From: Candidatus Eiseniibacteriota bacterium
GTDB taxonomy: Bacteria > Eisenbacteria > RBG-16-71-46 > CAIMUX01 > VGJL01
Direction of reading: 5' to 3'
NCBI GenBank assembly: GCA_041946735.1
Contig: JBHGAY010000001.1
Coordinates: 224,001-288,000 of the forward strand
DNA length: 64,000 bases
Part shown: one piece after another, positions 48,030 to 58,699 of the stretch
Layout of the letters: each line of letters begins with the position of its first letter
Numbering within the stretch: position 1 is the first letter of the stretch
The notes under the pieces: model-generated
Database searches by the model: none
What the model was told of the DNA's origin: nothing
What the model saw: only the letters and a program-made list of their open reading frames with translations
Program-made: the position numbers and the translations under genes

Positions 48030-49336
48030 CGTGACTCCTTCGGCTGGAACCATCTCTGGAGGATCGCCTCCGCCATCGACTCGGCCCCGCCGAAGTCGTC
48101 GGAGTGGAGGCGCCCTGCGTTCTCTTCCCAGTCGACCTGGATCCCCGACTGGAAGCACAAGCGCTCGGAGAGCGTGCGGAGGATCCCTTCGATCGAGGAC
48201 TCCAATCGCGAACGGCTCCCCGGAAGCAGGAAGCAGATCGCCGCGTCCGATCGCGAGGCGCAGCCGCCGAGCACGACGTCCTGCACCCCCATCGTGCGCG
48301 TGAGGATCTCGCGGGCGCGCGCGAGCGCCTCCTGGCGGGAGGCGCGCACCGCCCCGCGGCAGGCCCGCATCTCGGCCCGGACGAACCCGATCCCGCCGAC
48401 CCGGCCGAGCGGCGAAGCGGATCCTTCCAGGATCAAACCGGTCAGCATCCGGCGGGGATCGAAGCGCGGGAACGAGAGCACGACCTCCGTGCCCCGTCCC
48501 GGCCGCGAACGCACTCGAATCCTTCCACCATGCAGCTCGACGATCTCCTTCACGATCGACAGGCCCAGCCCGAGGCCGCTCGTGCCGCCCGCCTGATCTC
48601 CCCGGTAGAAGCGCCGGAAGAGATTCCGGCGCGTTGCGGGATCGATGCCGAGCCCGTCGTCCTTGACGCGGATCTCGACGAACGGCCCGCACGCGCGCGC
48701 CCGCACCCGGATCGAGACAGCGTTCCTCGAGTACTTGACCGCGTTGTCGACCAGGTTGCGGACCGCTTCGAGCACCCTGTCCGAATCGACGAAGACGTCC
48801 GGCAGGCCGCGCGCGACCGCCACCTCGAGCTGCACCGTCTTGCCGCGGGGCGGCGCCTTCTGCATCAGCGCGTCCGGCGAAAGGACGCCGGCGAGCGCCA
48901 CGCAGCGACGCGCGAGATGGAGGTTGCCTTCCTGCATCCGCGCGAGGACGAGGAGATGCTCGATCATCTCGGAAAGGGTGTCGGCGTTGCGCAGGGCGAT
49001 CCCGAGGTACTCCTGCTGCAACCCGCTCAGAGGCCCGGCGAGGCCGTCGAGGACGATCGAGAGGAACTCCCGGAGTCCCGTCAGGGGCGTGCGGAGGTCA
49101 TGGGAGACGCTGGCGAGGATTTCGAACGGCAGCGAGGGGAGCGCGCCGCTCGCGTCGCCGGCCGCCGGGATGTCGCCCGCCCGCGCGGCGGCTCTTCCCC
49201 GGCCTTCGGCGCCTCGGCACTTCTCTTCGCGGCCCCGCCGCTTCTCCGGCGATCCCGCCCTGCCCGCGCTTTCCTTCGTCGCGAGGAGCGCGGAGGCGAG
49301 GTCCTTTGCCTCCTGCTCCGTCCACCACGCCGTCAT
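48026..49336 (-). CDS. Cytoplasmic histidine kinase with C-terminal extra domain (start uncertain)
   Basis: VSHDLRTPL, NLVDNAVKYS, DDGLGI and GLGLGLSIV; no TM segment. Confidence 0.9.
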   Translation of the reverse strand: MTAWWTEQEAKDLASALLATKESAGRAGSPEKRRGREEKCRGAEGRGRAAARAGDIPAAGDASGALPSLPFEILASVSHDLRTPLTGLREFLSIVLDGLAGPLSGLQQEYLGIALRNADTLSEMIEHLLVLARMQEGNLHLARRCVALAGVLSPDALMQKAPPRGKTVQLEVAVARGLPDVFVDSDRVLEAVRNLVDNAVKYSRNAVSIRVRARACGPFVEIRVKDDGLGIDPATRRNLFRRFYRGDQAGGTSGLGLGLSIVKEIVELHGGRIRVRSRPGRGTEVVLSFPRFDPRRMLTGLILEGSASPLGRVGGIGFVRAEMRACRGAVRASRQEALARAREILTRTMGVQDVVLGGCASRSDAAICFLLPGSRSRLESSIEGILRTLSERLCFQSGIQVDWEENAGRLHSDDFGGAESMAEAILQRWFQPKESR

Positions 49337-49461
49337 CCTCGGCCTTCCTCGGGAGCCGGAACTTCTGCGACTCCCGATGGATCTTTCGGCCGATCGGACC
49401 GGTCTCTTGAGCATCGATCGGGTGGGATTCCCCGGAACGCGGCGAGTAGCCAGCGGCCGCG

Positions 49462-49563
49462 CCGCGCCGGCGGCCGGACCGCGCCGGCGGCCGGACCGCG
49501 CCGGCGGCCGGACCGCGCCGGCGGCCAGGCTGCTCCGGCGGCCGGACTGCTCCGGCGGCCGGG
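49462..49563. repeat. 17-bp GC-rich tandem repeat (CCGCGCCGGCGGCCGGA) x about 6
   Basis: Period 17 (A at 49478, 49495, 49512, 49546); later copies diverge. Confidence 0.85.
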
Positions 49564-49596
49564 TCGCGCGCGGCGCCGGCATGGCCGGCCATCCTT

Positions 49597-49965
49597 TCAG
49601 GCCGCGGGATTCAGAACTTGAGTGAGCAGATCTAGGAGCGCCTTGCGGCCGAACGGGAGCGTCAGCGTCGGCAGTCCTTCGGGAAACGGATTCTCCAACG
49701 GGAGCAGATGAGCGGAGACCAGCACGACCGGGATGCCGAGAGCGCGCGCTTGCCGGGCCAAGTCGGCGCCTCCCGAATCGGCGAGGTCGAAATCGAGAAT
49801 GCAGACGTCGGGATGGAGCCGCTCGATCCCGGCTCGAAGGGTGGCCACTTCCTCGTGGAGCGAGACCTTTGCCTCTTCGCGTTCGAGCCGGCGGCGGAGA
49901 GCCTCGCGGAAGCCTGGATCGTGCACGGCACCCGCCACGACCCGACCCCGAAGCCTCGAACCCAT
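49597..49965 (-). CDS. Atypical receiver-domain protein, 122 aa
   Basis: PDVCILDFDL, IPVVLVSA and LTLPF (conserved Lys replaced). Confidence 0.72.
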   Translation of the reverse strand: MGSRLRGRVVAGAVHDPGFREALRRRLEREEAKVSLHEEVATLRAGIERLHPDVCILDFDLADSGGADLARQARALGIPVVLVSAHLLPLENPFPEGLPTLTLPFGRKALLDLLTQVLNPAA

Positions 49966-49995
49966 GGGTTTTCTCTCTCCTTCCTGTGAGCCTTG

Positions 49996-50013
49996 TCGCA
50001 GGGGTCGTGCCAA
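49996..50013 (-). promoter_or_regulatory. Sigma54 (-24/-12) promoter for the receiver/kinase/receiver genes
   Basis: TTGGCACGACCCCTGCGA = GG-N10-GC, about 30 nt before ATG 49965. Confidence 0.75.
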
Positions 50014-50232
50014 CGCGGCCGGCCCGCGCGGCCGAAGCGGGACTCGCGCATTTCCAGCCGTTTCGGGGCGGGTCGAGCCCTAGGGGCCCACGAGGGAGGC
50101 GCGCAGGAGGCGAAGGCGTCCCGATCGGGGGACGATCCGAAGCGGGAGGGTCGCGCGACCGGGACGTGGAGGAGGCGGGGTGCCGGAATCGATTCGACGA
50201 ACGCGATCCGACATGGAGGGACTGCGGCGGAT

Positions 50233-50313
50233 AGCTTCGTGCGGAAAGCTCCGTGCGGAAAGCTTCGAGGCAACTTCGAGCGGGGAGCTTCAGGCGGGGA
50301 GCTTCAGGCGGAA
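50233..50313. repeat. About 14-bp imperfect tandem repeats AGCTTCnnGCGGRR x about 6
   Basis: AGCTTCGTGCGGAA, AGCTCCGTGCGGAA, ..., AGCTTCAGGCGGGG, AGCTTCAGGCGGAA. Confidence 0.75.
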
Positions 50314-50376
50314 TGCAGCGCGTTGGCGCGGAGCGGGCGCGGAGCGCCGGGGTCGACTCCTCCTCTCTCGCGCGTC

Positions 50377-51999
<1,623 letters not shown>

Positions 52000-52029
52000 C
52001 GCTCCCCGTTTCCGCTGCCGCTCCCCGCG

Positions 52030-53211
52030 TCAGGCTTCGCTCCCCGCTTCTGCGGCGGGCAGGACGATCCGCGCCTCGGCTCCGCCCTCGGGATGGTTCG
52101 CCAGCTCGATCGTCCCGCCATGGGCGAGAACGATCTCCTGCACGAGGTGCAGGCCCAGCCCCGAGCCGCGGCTCTTCGTCGTCGAGAACATCTCGAACGC
52201 CCCACCCTGCTGCAGGCTCGGCGGCAGGCCGGGGCCGTTGTCCCGCATCCGGATCTCGACCCGCCGGTCGTCGAGAAATCGCGCGCGGATCGAAAGGACC
52301 GGCTCCGTATCTTCCCCCGCCGCATCGAGCGAGTTGCCGGCGAGGTTGATGAAGACGCGGAGCATCTGCAGCGGGTCGATCTGGACGATCCGCCGCCGCT
52401 GGCTCGCTTCGCACTCGACGCGCACCTCGAACGGCGGCCGTCCCGTCATGGAAAGCAGCTCGGTCTTCACGTTCTCGAGGAACTCGCCGACCGTCATCCG
52501 CGAAGGATGCGGCCGGATCGGCCGGATCATGAGCAGATAGTCCTCGGCCAGCCCCTCGATCCTCTGGATCTCTCGCGCGAAGAGCGTCAGCGTCTCGCGC
52601 ACACGATGGACCAGGACAGGATCGGCTCGGTCCCCGGCGGAGCCGATCAGCTCGTCGATCTCCTCCGAGAGGATCTCCGAATGCAGAACGAGGACGCCGA
52701 GCGGGGTTCGCAGCTCGTGAAAGACCTTGCCGACGACGCGCGCGAGCGCGTTCAACCGTTCCGCCTGGAGGAGCTGCTCCTGCATCGAGAGCTTCTCGGT
52801 CTGGTCGAGGAGGATCGACGCATGGCCGGCGAGACGACCGGCGCGATCGCGCACCGGGGCGCGGAAGACCTCGACCGGCAGGATCCGGCCGTCCTTCGCG
52901 ATCCTCTTCGAGGAGTACGAAACGACGCGCTCCTCCTCGGCGGCGCGCCGGATCTCGCGGTCCTCCATGGCGACCATCTCTTCGGGAAAGAGCTGGCTCA
53001 AGGGACGTCCGAGGATCTCGGCGGCGGCGTAGCCGAGCAGCCGTTCCGCTCCCAAGCTGAAGACGCGGATGCGGCGGTCGAGATCGGTGACGATGAACGC
53101 GACGGGGATCTGCCGGACGACCGCCTCGTAGTAGCCCTCGAAATCCGCCGGCTCGTGCGGCCCACCGCTCTTGCTCCCCGCCTCGCCGCCGGTCCGCCCC
53201 TCCCTGTTCAT
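52030..53211 (-). CDS. PAS-domain sensor histidine kinase (NtrB-like, cytoplasmic)
   Basis: PAS 'AERLLGY...LGRPL...KDGRILPVEV'; VFHELRTPL, NLAGNSLDA, DNGPG and GSGLGL. Confidence 0.93.
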   Translation of the reverse strand: MNREGRTGGEAGSKSGGPHEPADFEGYYEAVVRQIPVAFIVTDLDRRIRVFSLGAERLLGYAAAEILGRPLSQLFPEEMVAMEDREIRRAAEEERVVSYSSKRIAKDGRILPVEVFRAPVRDRAGRLAGHASILLDQTEKLSMQEQLLQAERLNALARVVGKVFHELRTPLGVLVLHSEILSEEIDELIGSAGDRADPVLVHRVRETLTLFAREIQRIEGLAEDYLLMIRPIRPHPSRMTVGEFLENVKTELLSMTGRPPFEVRVECEASQRRRIVQIDPLQMLRVFINLAGNSLDAAGEDTEPVLSIRARFLDDRRVEIRMRDNGPGLPPSLQQGGAFEMFSTTKSRGSGLGLHLVQEIVLAHGGTIELANHPEGGAEARIVLPAAEAGSEA

Positions 53212-53336
53212 ATGCGCCGCAGTCTAGGCTCGCCCGCCCGGGACGGTCAATCGGCGCGCCAGGCCCGGCACAGAGGCGTTCGCGCGGGGGGAGGCGGACA
53301 GACGCCGGCGCTCGACGCGAGATCAGGGGCGCGAGA

Positions 53337-54134
53337 TCAGAACCGGAGGACGATCTTCGTGTCGGCCGTCAGGTTCGGCGCGAGGGTGCGCACGTATCCC
53401 GGGTCCATCTCCAGCTCGATCAGGATCGCCTCCTTGCGAAGCTGGCGGAGCTGATTCTCGATCGTCCCGCTTCGGAAGGAGCGGACGAAGGCGTCGAGAT
53501 TGCGACGCGTGCGCTTCCACCAGGAATCCGGCGGGATCCAGCCGTCGAGCACGACGACGAGGTTCCTGTCGAAGCGGAGCGTCGCGACGACCGGCACCGT
53601 CTTGACCTGGTTGATCCGGGTCCAGGTGGTATCGGCGCGGCTGGCGATCGCCGCGGAGTCCTTCACGGCGAGCAGAGGGATCTCCTCCCACCAGGTGTCG
53701 CGCTGCAGGACGAACGGCACCTCGCTGAAGGCGATTCGCGAGGTGTCGGCGATCAGCTCCTTCGACGCCCCGTTGTATTCGATCTCGCGAAACGGAACGC
53801 GCGTGAGGGGGACGCCCTGCATCTCGAGGCGAATCTCCTTCTGGGGGACGTCGAGAATCAGGTAGGGAATATCCTGCTTGCTCAGCGCAAGCCGGGCGCG
53901 GAGCACCGCGTTGGCGGTCCGCAGGCGGAAGTACTCCTCGGCGAGGTTCTCCTTCGCCTTCGCGTCCGTCGTCGCTTGCGGAGCCGGCTCGGTGGCCGGG
54001 GGCTGCTTCCCCTTCGCTCCCTTTCCCTGCGCAGCCGCCACGGCGCCCGGAGCGAAGCCGGAGATCAGAGCCAGGACAAGAATCAGGAGGATCCAGACGG
54101 TCCGGATCCGGACGCGGCCGAACGGCTTCGTCAC
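53337..54134 (-). CDS. Exported hypothetical protein, possible catalytically dead YkuD-fold protein, 265 aa
   Basis: Signal/TM, coiled coil, YLILDVPQKEIRL...; ends VRTLAPNLTADTKIVLRF; contains no Cys. Confidence 0.75.
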   Translation of the reverse strand: MTKPFGRVRIRTVWILLILVLALISGFAPGAVAAAQGKGAKGKQPPATEPAPQATTDAKAKENLAEEYFRLRTANAVLRARLALSKQDIPYLILDVPQKEIRLEMQGVPLTRVPFREIEYNGASKELIADTSRIAFSEVPFVLQRDTWWEEIPLLAVKDSAAIASRADTTWTRINQVKTVPVVATLRFDRNLVVVLDGWIPPDSWWKRTRRNLDAFVRSFRSGTIENQLRQLRKEAILIELEMDPGYVRTLAPNLTADTKIVLRF

Positions 54135-54345
54135 TCTCGGTCCCCTTCCACCCTTCCCGTTCGAGCTTGTCGAACTCTCTCTGCCTCTGCGCGGCCGATC
54201 CTTCGCGTGGGATCGCGCCGCGTCCGTGCGACATCGATCACGCGCTGCGTCCGCGGTCGTTTCGGAGCGGCCCCCAGCGCAGCCCCCCGCTCGGGCGGCA
54301 CGTCTCGCACGCTCCCTCGCCGCGACATCCTCTTCAAGATGCGGA

Positions 54346-55005
54346 TCAGAAGATGTAGATCGGCGTGCCGACCTTCGTGTTGTCCCAGATCGTCTGCAGG
54401 TCGCTTCCGCCTACGCGGATGCATCCGTGGGTGACGCTCTGGCCGATGAACCTCTCGAAGATCGTCCCGTGGATCAGGTAGCCATTGCCGAAGTACAGGC
54501 CGTAATCGCCGAGCACTCCCGGCATGAACCGCTCCGCCGCATGCGCCGCGGGAATCGGCTCGCCGGCTTCGACGAACGCCCAGTCGGGCTGCACCCAGAC
54601 CGGATCCTCCATGCGGTTGCGCACCCGGTAGACGCCGCGCGGGGTCGAGAAGAACCAGCGCCGCCTCCCGAGGGAGTCGATCAGCTCGGTGTTGCTGCCG
54701 GTGGAGCAGGGAGCGTCGAGGAGGACATCGTCGCCGCGACGCAGATAGATCCGATTGAGCGTGGTGTTGACGACGATGAAGTCGTCCTTCGGAACGAGCT
54801 TCTCGAGCCGGCTCTCGAGCTTGCCGTTCTCCTTCTTCAGCTCCGCGATCTTCTTCGAGAGCATCCCCTCGTCGAGTCCGAGCGCGCGCGCGGCCGCCTG
54901 GTCCCCGCCCTTATCCTGGCAGCCGCCCAACAGGACTGCGCCGAGCAGGACGAGACCCGCCACCCACAAGAGCTTCATTCCGTTGTTCTCGAGTTGGATT
55001 CCCAT
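54346..55005 (-). CDS. L,D-transpeptidase lipoprotein (YkuD/ErfK family)
   Basis: Lipobox LGGC; coiled coil; CSTG, TPRG, PVWVQPDW, YLIHGT and VTHGCIR. Confidence 0.93.
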   Translation of the reverse strand: MGIQLENNGMKLLWVAGLVLLGAVLLGGCQDKGGDQAAARALGLDEGMLSKKIAELKKENGKLESRLEKLVPKDDFIVVNTTLNRIYLRRGDDVLLDAPCSTGSNTELIDSLGRRRWFFSTPRGVYRVRNRMEDPVWVQPDWAFVEAGEPIPAAHAAERFMPGVLGDYGLYFGNGYLIHGTIFERFIGQSVTHGCIRVGGSDLQTIWDNTKVGTPIYIF

Positions 55006-55191
55006 GGCCCTTTGCGACAACCCAGCGCCGCCACCCTTCCCTTTCGTCAGGCGAAAGCCGCCTATCGAAAATCGCCGATCATGGAACGGGCGGGCGGCCG
55101 GCCTAGAGCCTGCTCACCCGCCCTTTCCAGATCGTACTACACGAACCTGCTTGCGCCCACCCCACGTAGTGTGCGGGGGAAACGGGACGGA

Positions 55192-55854
55192 CTACTGACC
55201 CGCGGGGGCCCTGCCCATCATCTTGTCGATCGCCCCCTGGACCTCGGTGCCCAGGCTGCGGGCCTTCTGCGTCGCCTCGCCCGCCATGCGGGCGGCTTGC
55301 TTGTACTTCTCCTGCGCCTGAGCCGCGCGGACGTTCTCGAGAGACGCCTCGGTGGCATCCAGCTCCTGGCGGATCTGCTCGATCGCCTGACGCGCCTCCT
55401 TGGCGCGGACGAGCCGCTTCCCTTCAGGACTGTCGAGTTGCGTGCGGACGTCCGCGATCGCCTGCGTCGCCTCGGCGAGGTTGCGCTCCGCCTCCTGGCG
55501 CGCCAGCTCCTTGTTCTTCACCGCAGCGTCGGCAGCAGCCGCGCCGGCCGTCTGAGCGGAGGCAGCCTTCACCTTCGCCTGCTTGTAGCTCCGGAACAGA
55601 GCGAACTTCGCATTCTGCCGATCGATCTCGCTACGAGCCGCGGCGAGGGAGTCCTCGGCGGCGCGCAGCTCTTGCGGCGCATACTCCGCCGCTTCCTTCT
55701 GCTTCGCCTGATCGATGGCGGCCTGAGCCGCGCTCATCTCTGCCTCAGGCGGCTTCGCGCAGGAGGCAAGACCGAGCACCAAGAGAACCAGCACACCCGA
55801 CCAAACCGCCAGCGTGTAACGCCGGGACGAGCTTCGCCGACTGGGACCGCTCAT
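55192..55854 (-). CDS. DUF4398-type Ala-rich helical lipoprotein
   Basis: Lipobox LASC; KPPEAEMSAAQAAI...AAEYAPQELRAAE...RSYKQAK. Confidence 0.85.
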   Translation of the reverse strand: MSGPSRRSSSRRYTLAVWSGVLVLLVLGLASCAKPPEAEMSAAQAAIDQAKQKEAAEYAPQELRAAEDSLAAARSEIDRQNAKFALFRSYKQAKVKAASAQTAGAAAADAAVKNKELARQEAERNLAEATQAIADVRTQLDSPEGKRLVRAKEARQAIEQIRQELDATEASLENVRAAQAQEKYKQAARMAGEATQKARSLGTEVQGAIDKMMGRAPAGQ

Positions 55855-55947
55855 GTTTACGGACATCTCCTTTCGTCTCCTTGCCAGCACCCCCACCACA
55901 TCCCCCGTGGATGCAGCTTCCTGCCGAGCGCAAGACGACCTAGCCTT

Positions 55948-55965
55948 TTGCATAGGCCGTGCCAG
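55948..55965 (-). promoter_or_regulatory. Sigma54 (-24/-12) promoter for the DUF4398/L,D-transpeptidase operon
   Basis: CTGGCACGGCCTATGCAA, near-consensus GG-N10-GC. Confidence 0.82.
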
Positions 55966-56099
55966 AGATTGGACCCGCTCCGGAGGGCCGTCAAGCGCGA
56001 TCTCCGGGCGGTTTCCCGACCCGGGAACGGTCTCCCCGGACCTCGCCCGGCCCGATTCGAACCCGGCCGGGTGCATGAGTGGGATCCGAACGGAACATT

Positions 56100-56119
56100 C
56101 CGTCCCACGGATGGGACGG
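56100..56119. promoter_or_regulatory. Palindromic candidate upstream activator (enhancer) site
   Basis: CCGTCCCA-CGGA-TGGGACGG about 140 bp upstream of the sigma54 promoter; related TTCCCG-ACC-CGGGAA at 56013-56027. Confidence 0.5.
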
Positions 56120-56277
56120 GTTTCGGGCTGGACGAGGGGGGCCGGGGAGGCAGACCCCGCCGCGGGCGAGAGCCGGCGCAGAGCGGCGGGAGGAGGGGGC
56201 GCGCGGGATGAGGAGACGACGGCCGGCGGCGGGAGGAAGGGGGGACGGGGAATCGTGAGGAAGTGGGGCGGGAAGTC

Positions 56278-57576
56278 GTGAGCGGGCGGATCGCGCGCGC
56301 AGCGGCGACAGGCGCGCACGAGGCGGACCGTCTTGCCGATCCCGAGGGGTTGCGGCGCGCTCTGCTGCGCTGGTACGGCGCGAATCGACGGGATCTGCCC
56401 TGGCGGCGCAGCCGCGATCCGTATCGCATCTGGGTGGCGGAGGCGATGCTCCAGCAGACGCGGATCGAGACGGTCCGTGACCGCTACGTGCGGTTTCTCG
56501 AAAGATTCCCCGACGTCGAGTCGCTCGCCCGCGCGGCCGAGCACGAGGTCGTCGCCGCCTGGTCGGGCCTTGGCTACTACCGGCGCGCCCGTAACTTGCG
56601 CGCGGCCGCGGCCCGTATCGTCGACGACCACGGCGGCGCCTTCCCCCACGATCCGGCCGCGGCCCTGGCGCTTCCCGGCGTCGGCCACTACACCGCCCAC
56701 GCGGTCCTGAGCATGGCGTTCGACCTTCCACTTGCCGCCGTCGACGGCAACGTGACGCGCGTGCTCGCGCGACTCACTGCGGCCCGCTCGATCGGCGACG
56801 CGCAGATCCGGGCGCTGGCCGCGCGCCTGCTCGATCCCCGCCATCCGGGCGAGATGAATCAGGCCTGGATGGAGCTGGGAGAGACGATCTGCGTGCCGGG
56901 CCGGGCTCCGCGATGTCCGGCCTGTCCCGTTCGGCGATGGTGCGTGGCGCACGCGAGCGAGACGGTCGATCTCCACCCGGGACGCAAGCCGCGCGCCGCC
57001 CCCATCATCGAGGAGGGTTCGCTCTGGATCGTTCGGGACTCGCGAGGCCGGATCCTGCTCGAGCGGCGCGAAGCGGCCCCGTTGCGCGGACTCTGGATGC
57101 TTCCGTGGACGAAGCGGAGCGCGGGGACGGGCGCCGGCGCGGCGGCGCCGGGCGGACGCGGTGGCCCTTCCCGTGGCGGGGAGCCGCTCGTCCGTCACGC
57201 GATCCTCGATCGCCGTCACATCTGCGCAGTCATCGACGCCGGGCGCGATCGCCAGGCAGTCCCTGGAGCGCCGGCAGGAGAGAGGCGCTGGTTCGCGCGA
57301 ACGCGAATCGCCGGGCTCCCCCACTCCTCGCTCCTCGACAAGGCGCTCAGCGCGTGGGATCTCTCCCGTCGGCGGCGAGCAGCACGTGCACGCGCCACGC
57401 CGGAGACGCCTCTGCCCCACGGGGCGGCTCCCCTTCCACAAGGGGATCGACGCCGACCCAGCCGCGCATCGCGTCGCGAAGCCGACCCGCCCCATCCGGC
57501 GAAGCCTCGGCCGCGATCCTCTCGAAGCGAGCCGCCGCCTCCTCGAACGACCCCGCGCGGACGACCGCGATCGTGA
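56278..57576 (+). CDS. mutY: A/G-specific adenine DNA glycosylase (start and 3' end uncertain)
   Basis: RDLPWR, PYRIWVAEAMLQQT, WSGLGYYRRARNL, LPGVGHYTA, VDGNVTRV and C-x7-C-x2-C-x5-C Fe-S motif. Confidence 0.93.
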   Translation: MSGRIARAAATGAHEADRLADPEGLRRALLRWYGANRRDLPWRRSRDPYRIWVAEAMLQQTRIETVRDRYVRFLERFPDVESLARAAEHEVVAAWSGLGYYRRARNLRAAAARIVDDHGGAFPHDPAAALALPGVGHYTAHAVLSMAFDLPLAAVDGNVTRVLARLTAARSIGDAQIRALAARLLDPRHPGEMNQAWMELGETICVPGRAPRCPACPVRRWCVAHASETVDLHPGRKPRAAPIIEEGSLWIVRDSRGRILLERREAAPLRGLWMLPWTKRSAGTGAGAAAPGGRGGPSRGGEPLVRHAILDRRHICAVIDAGRDRQAVPGAPAGERRWFARTRIAGLPHSSLLDKALSAWDLSRRRRAARARATPETPLPHGAAPLPQGDRRRPSRASRREADPPHPAKPRPRSSRSEPPPPRTTPRGRPRS

Positions 57577-58690
57577 GGAGGCCTGCCTCGGCCGCCTCGA
57601 GCGCGATTCGCGCGGCCGCGGGCGTTCGGGCAGGATCGACGATCAGTCTCGCCGGGGCATAGTCAAGAAGCAGCTCGAGCGGTGGCGGAGCGTCCGGATC
57701 CCCGACGTGCCGCAGGATCGCAGGCGATCGCTCCCACCAGATCCGCGGAGCCGCCTCGAGGAGGAGCGACACGTCTCCGCCGCCGGTCTCGACGAGCCAG
57801 GCGGCGAGCAGACCTCGAGCGGCCTCGAGGTCCTCCGACGACCAGAGGACGAGCCCGTCGCGGATCCCGGCGACCGGCGCCAGCTCTCCCGCGACGCCGG
57901 CATCGATCGTCCCGATTTCGCTCGGCTCTTCCAGCGCTGCGAGGTGGACCTGCAGTCCCATCGCCCCGCGGCGCGCCCGCACGTGGAACCGGCGGCCCCG
58001 TTCGTCGAAGCGGGCGAACGTCGACGCGCCGCGCGGCGGAAGCGCGATCGCGAAGCGTCGCAGCAACTCCGCCGGATCGAGCGCGCTCGCGATCGAGCGC
58101 GCCGCCGCCCCGCCCCGGCACGCGATCGCTCCTGCCGGACCGAAGGTGAGGTAGGCGGGACGAACCGGCCGCCCCGCCTCGCGGGGATCCGCCGCCAGTT
58201 CCCCCAGCAGGGACTCGACCGGATCCTCGCGGCCGTGCAGGCGCGATCCGCCGGAGACGGCCGCCTTGAACGCCTCCGCCAGCTCCCCGGCGAAGATCTG
58301 GCGCTCGCGGAAGACCGTCTCCTGTCCCGGCCCCTCTCCCTGGGTCCCCTCGCGCGCGCGCTGCTCGTCGATCGTGCGAGCCGCCTCGAGCAGGATCGCC
58401 TCGGTCGACTCCGTGATCCTCCGTTCGATCCCGGGAGGCGTCGGATCGAAGGCGAACGTCCCCCGCGTCCACTGGACGGCGGTGAGCAGAAGCTTCTCGC
58501 CGGTGCGAAGCCCCTCGTCGGCGATGTCGAGGATCGATCCTTCCTCGAAGAAGACCCGGATCGTCCGGTCGCCGTGGCGAACCGACAGCGTGCCGGTCCG
58601 CCGGTTGAGCAGAAGAAACTGGCAGACGTCGAACAGGGGGATCGCTTCGAGCTTCCCCGAGAGAGCCGCTGTCGCGCTGGTCGGATTCAC
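57347..58690 (-). CDS. DUF4388 (PatA-N-like) domain fused to degenerate PilT-like ATPase
   Basis: LSGKLEAIPLFDVCQFL...RTGTL...W..GTFAF...ILLEAARTIDE; the C-half parallels PilT without Walker A. Confidence 0.82.
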   Translation of the reverse strand: MNPTSATAALSGKLEAIPLFDVCQFLLLNRRTGTLSVRHGDRTIRVFFEEGSILDIADEGLRTGEKLLLTAVQWTRGTFAFDPTPPGIERRITESTEAILLEAARTIDEQRAREGTQGEGPGQETVFRERQIFAGELAEAFKAAVSGGSRLHGREDPVESLLGELAADPREAGRPVRPAYLTFGPAGAIACRGGAAARSIASALDPAELLRRFAIALPPRGASTFARFDERGRRFHVRARRGAMGLQVHLAALEEPSEIGTIDAGVAGELAPVAGIRDGLVLWSSEDLEAARGLLAAWLVETGGGDVSLLLEAAPRIWWERSPAILRHVGDPDAPPPLELLLDYAPARLIVDPARTPAAARIALEAAEAGLLTIAVVRAGSFEEAAARFERIAAEASPDGAGRLRDAMRGWVGVDPLVEGEPPRGAEASPAWRVHVLLAADGRDPTR

Positions 58691-58699
58691 TTTCAGGAT

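Noticed and set aside
49462..50313. Tandem arrays as possible CRISPR
   Set aside because: Units are 14-17 bp and contiguous with no unique spacers; no cas genes in the window.
54131..54424. 97-aa ORF between the two L,D-transpeptidase-like genes
   Set aside because: Overlaps the LDT 3' end, Arg-rich, no clear RBS or motif.
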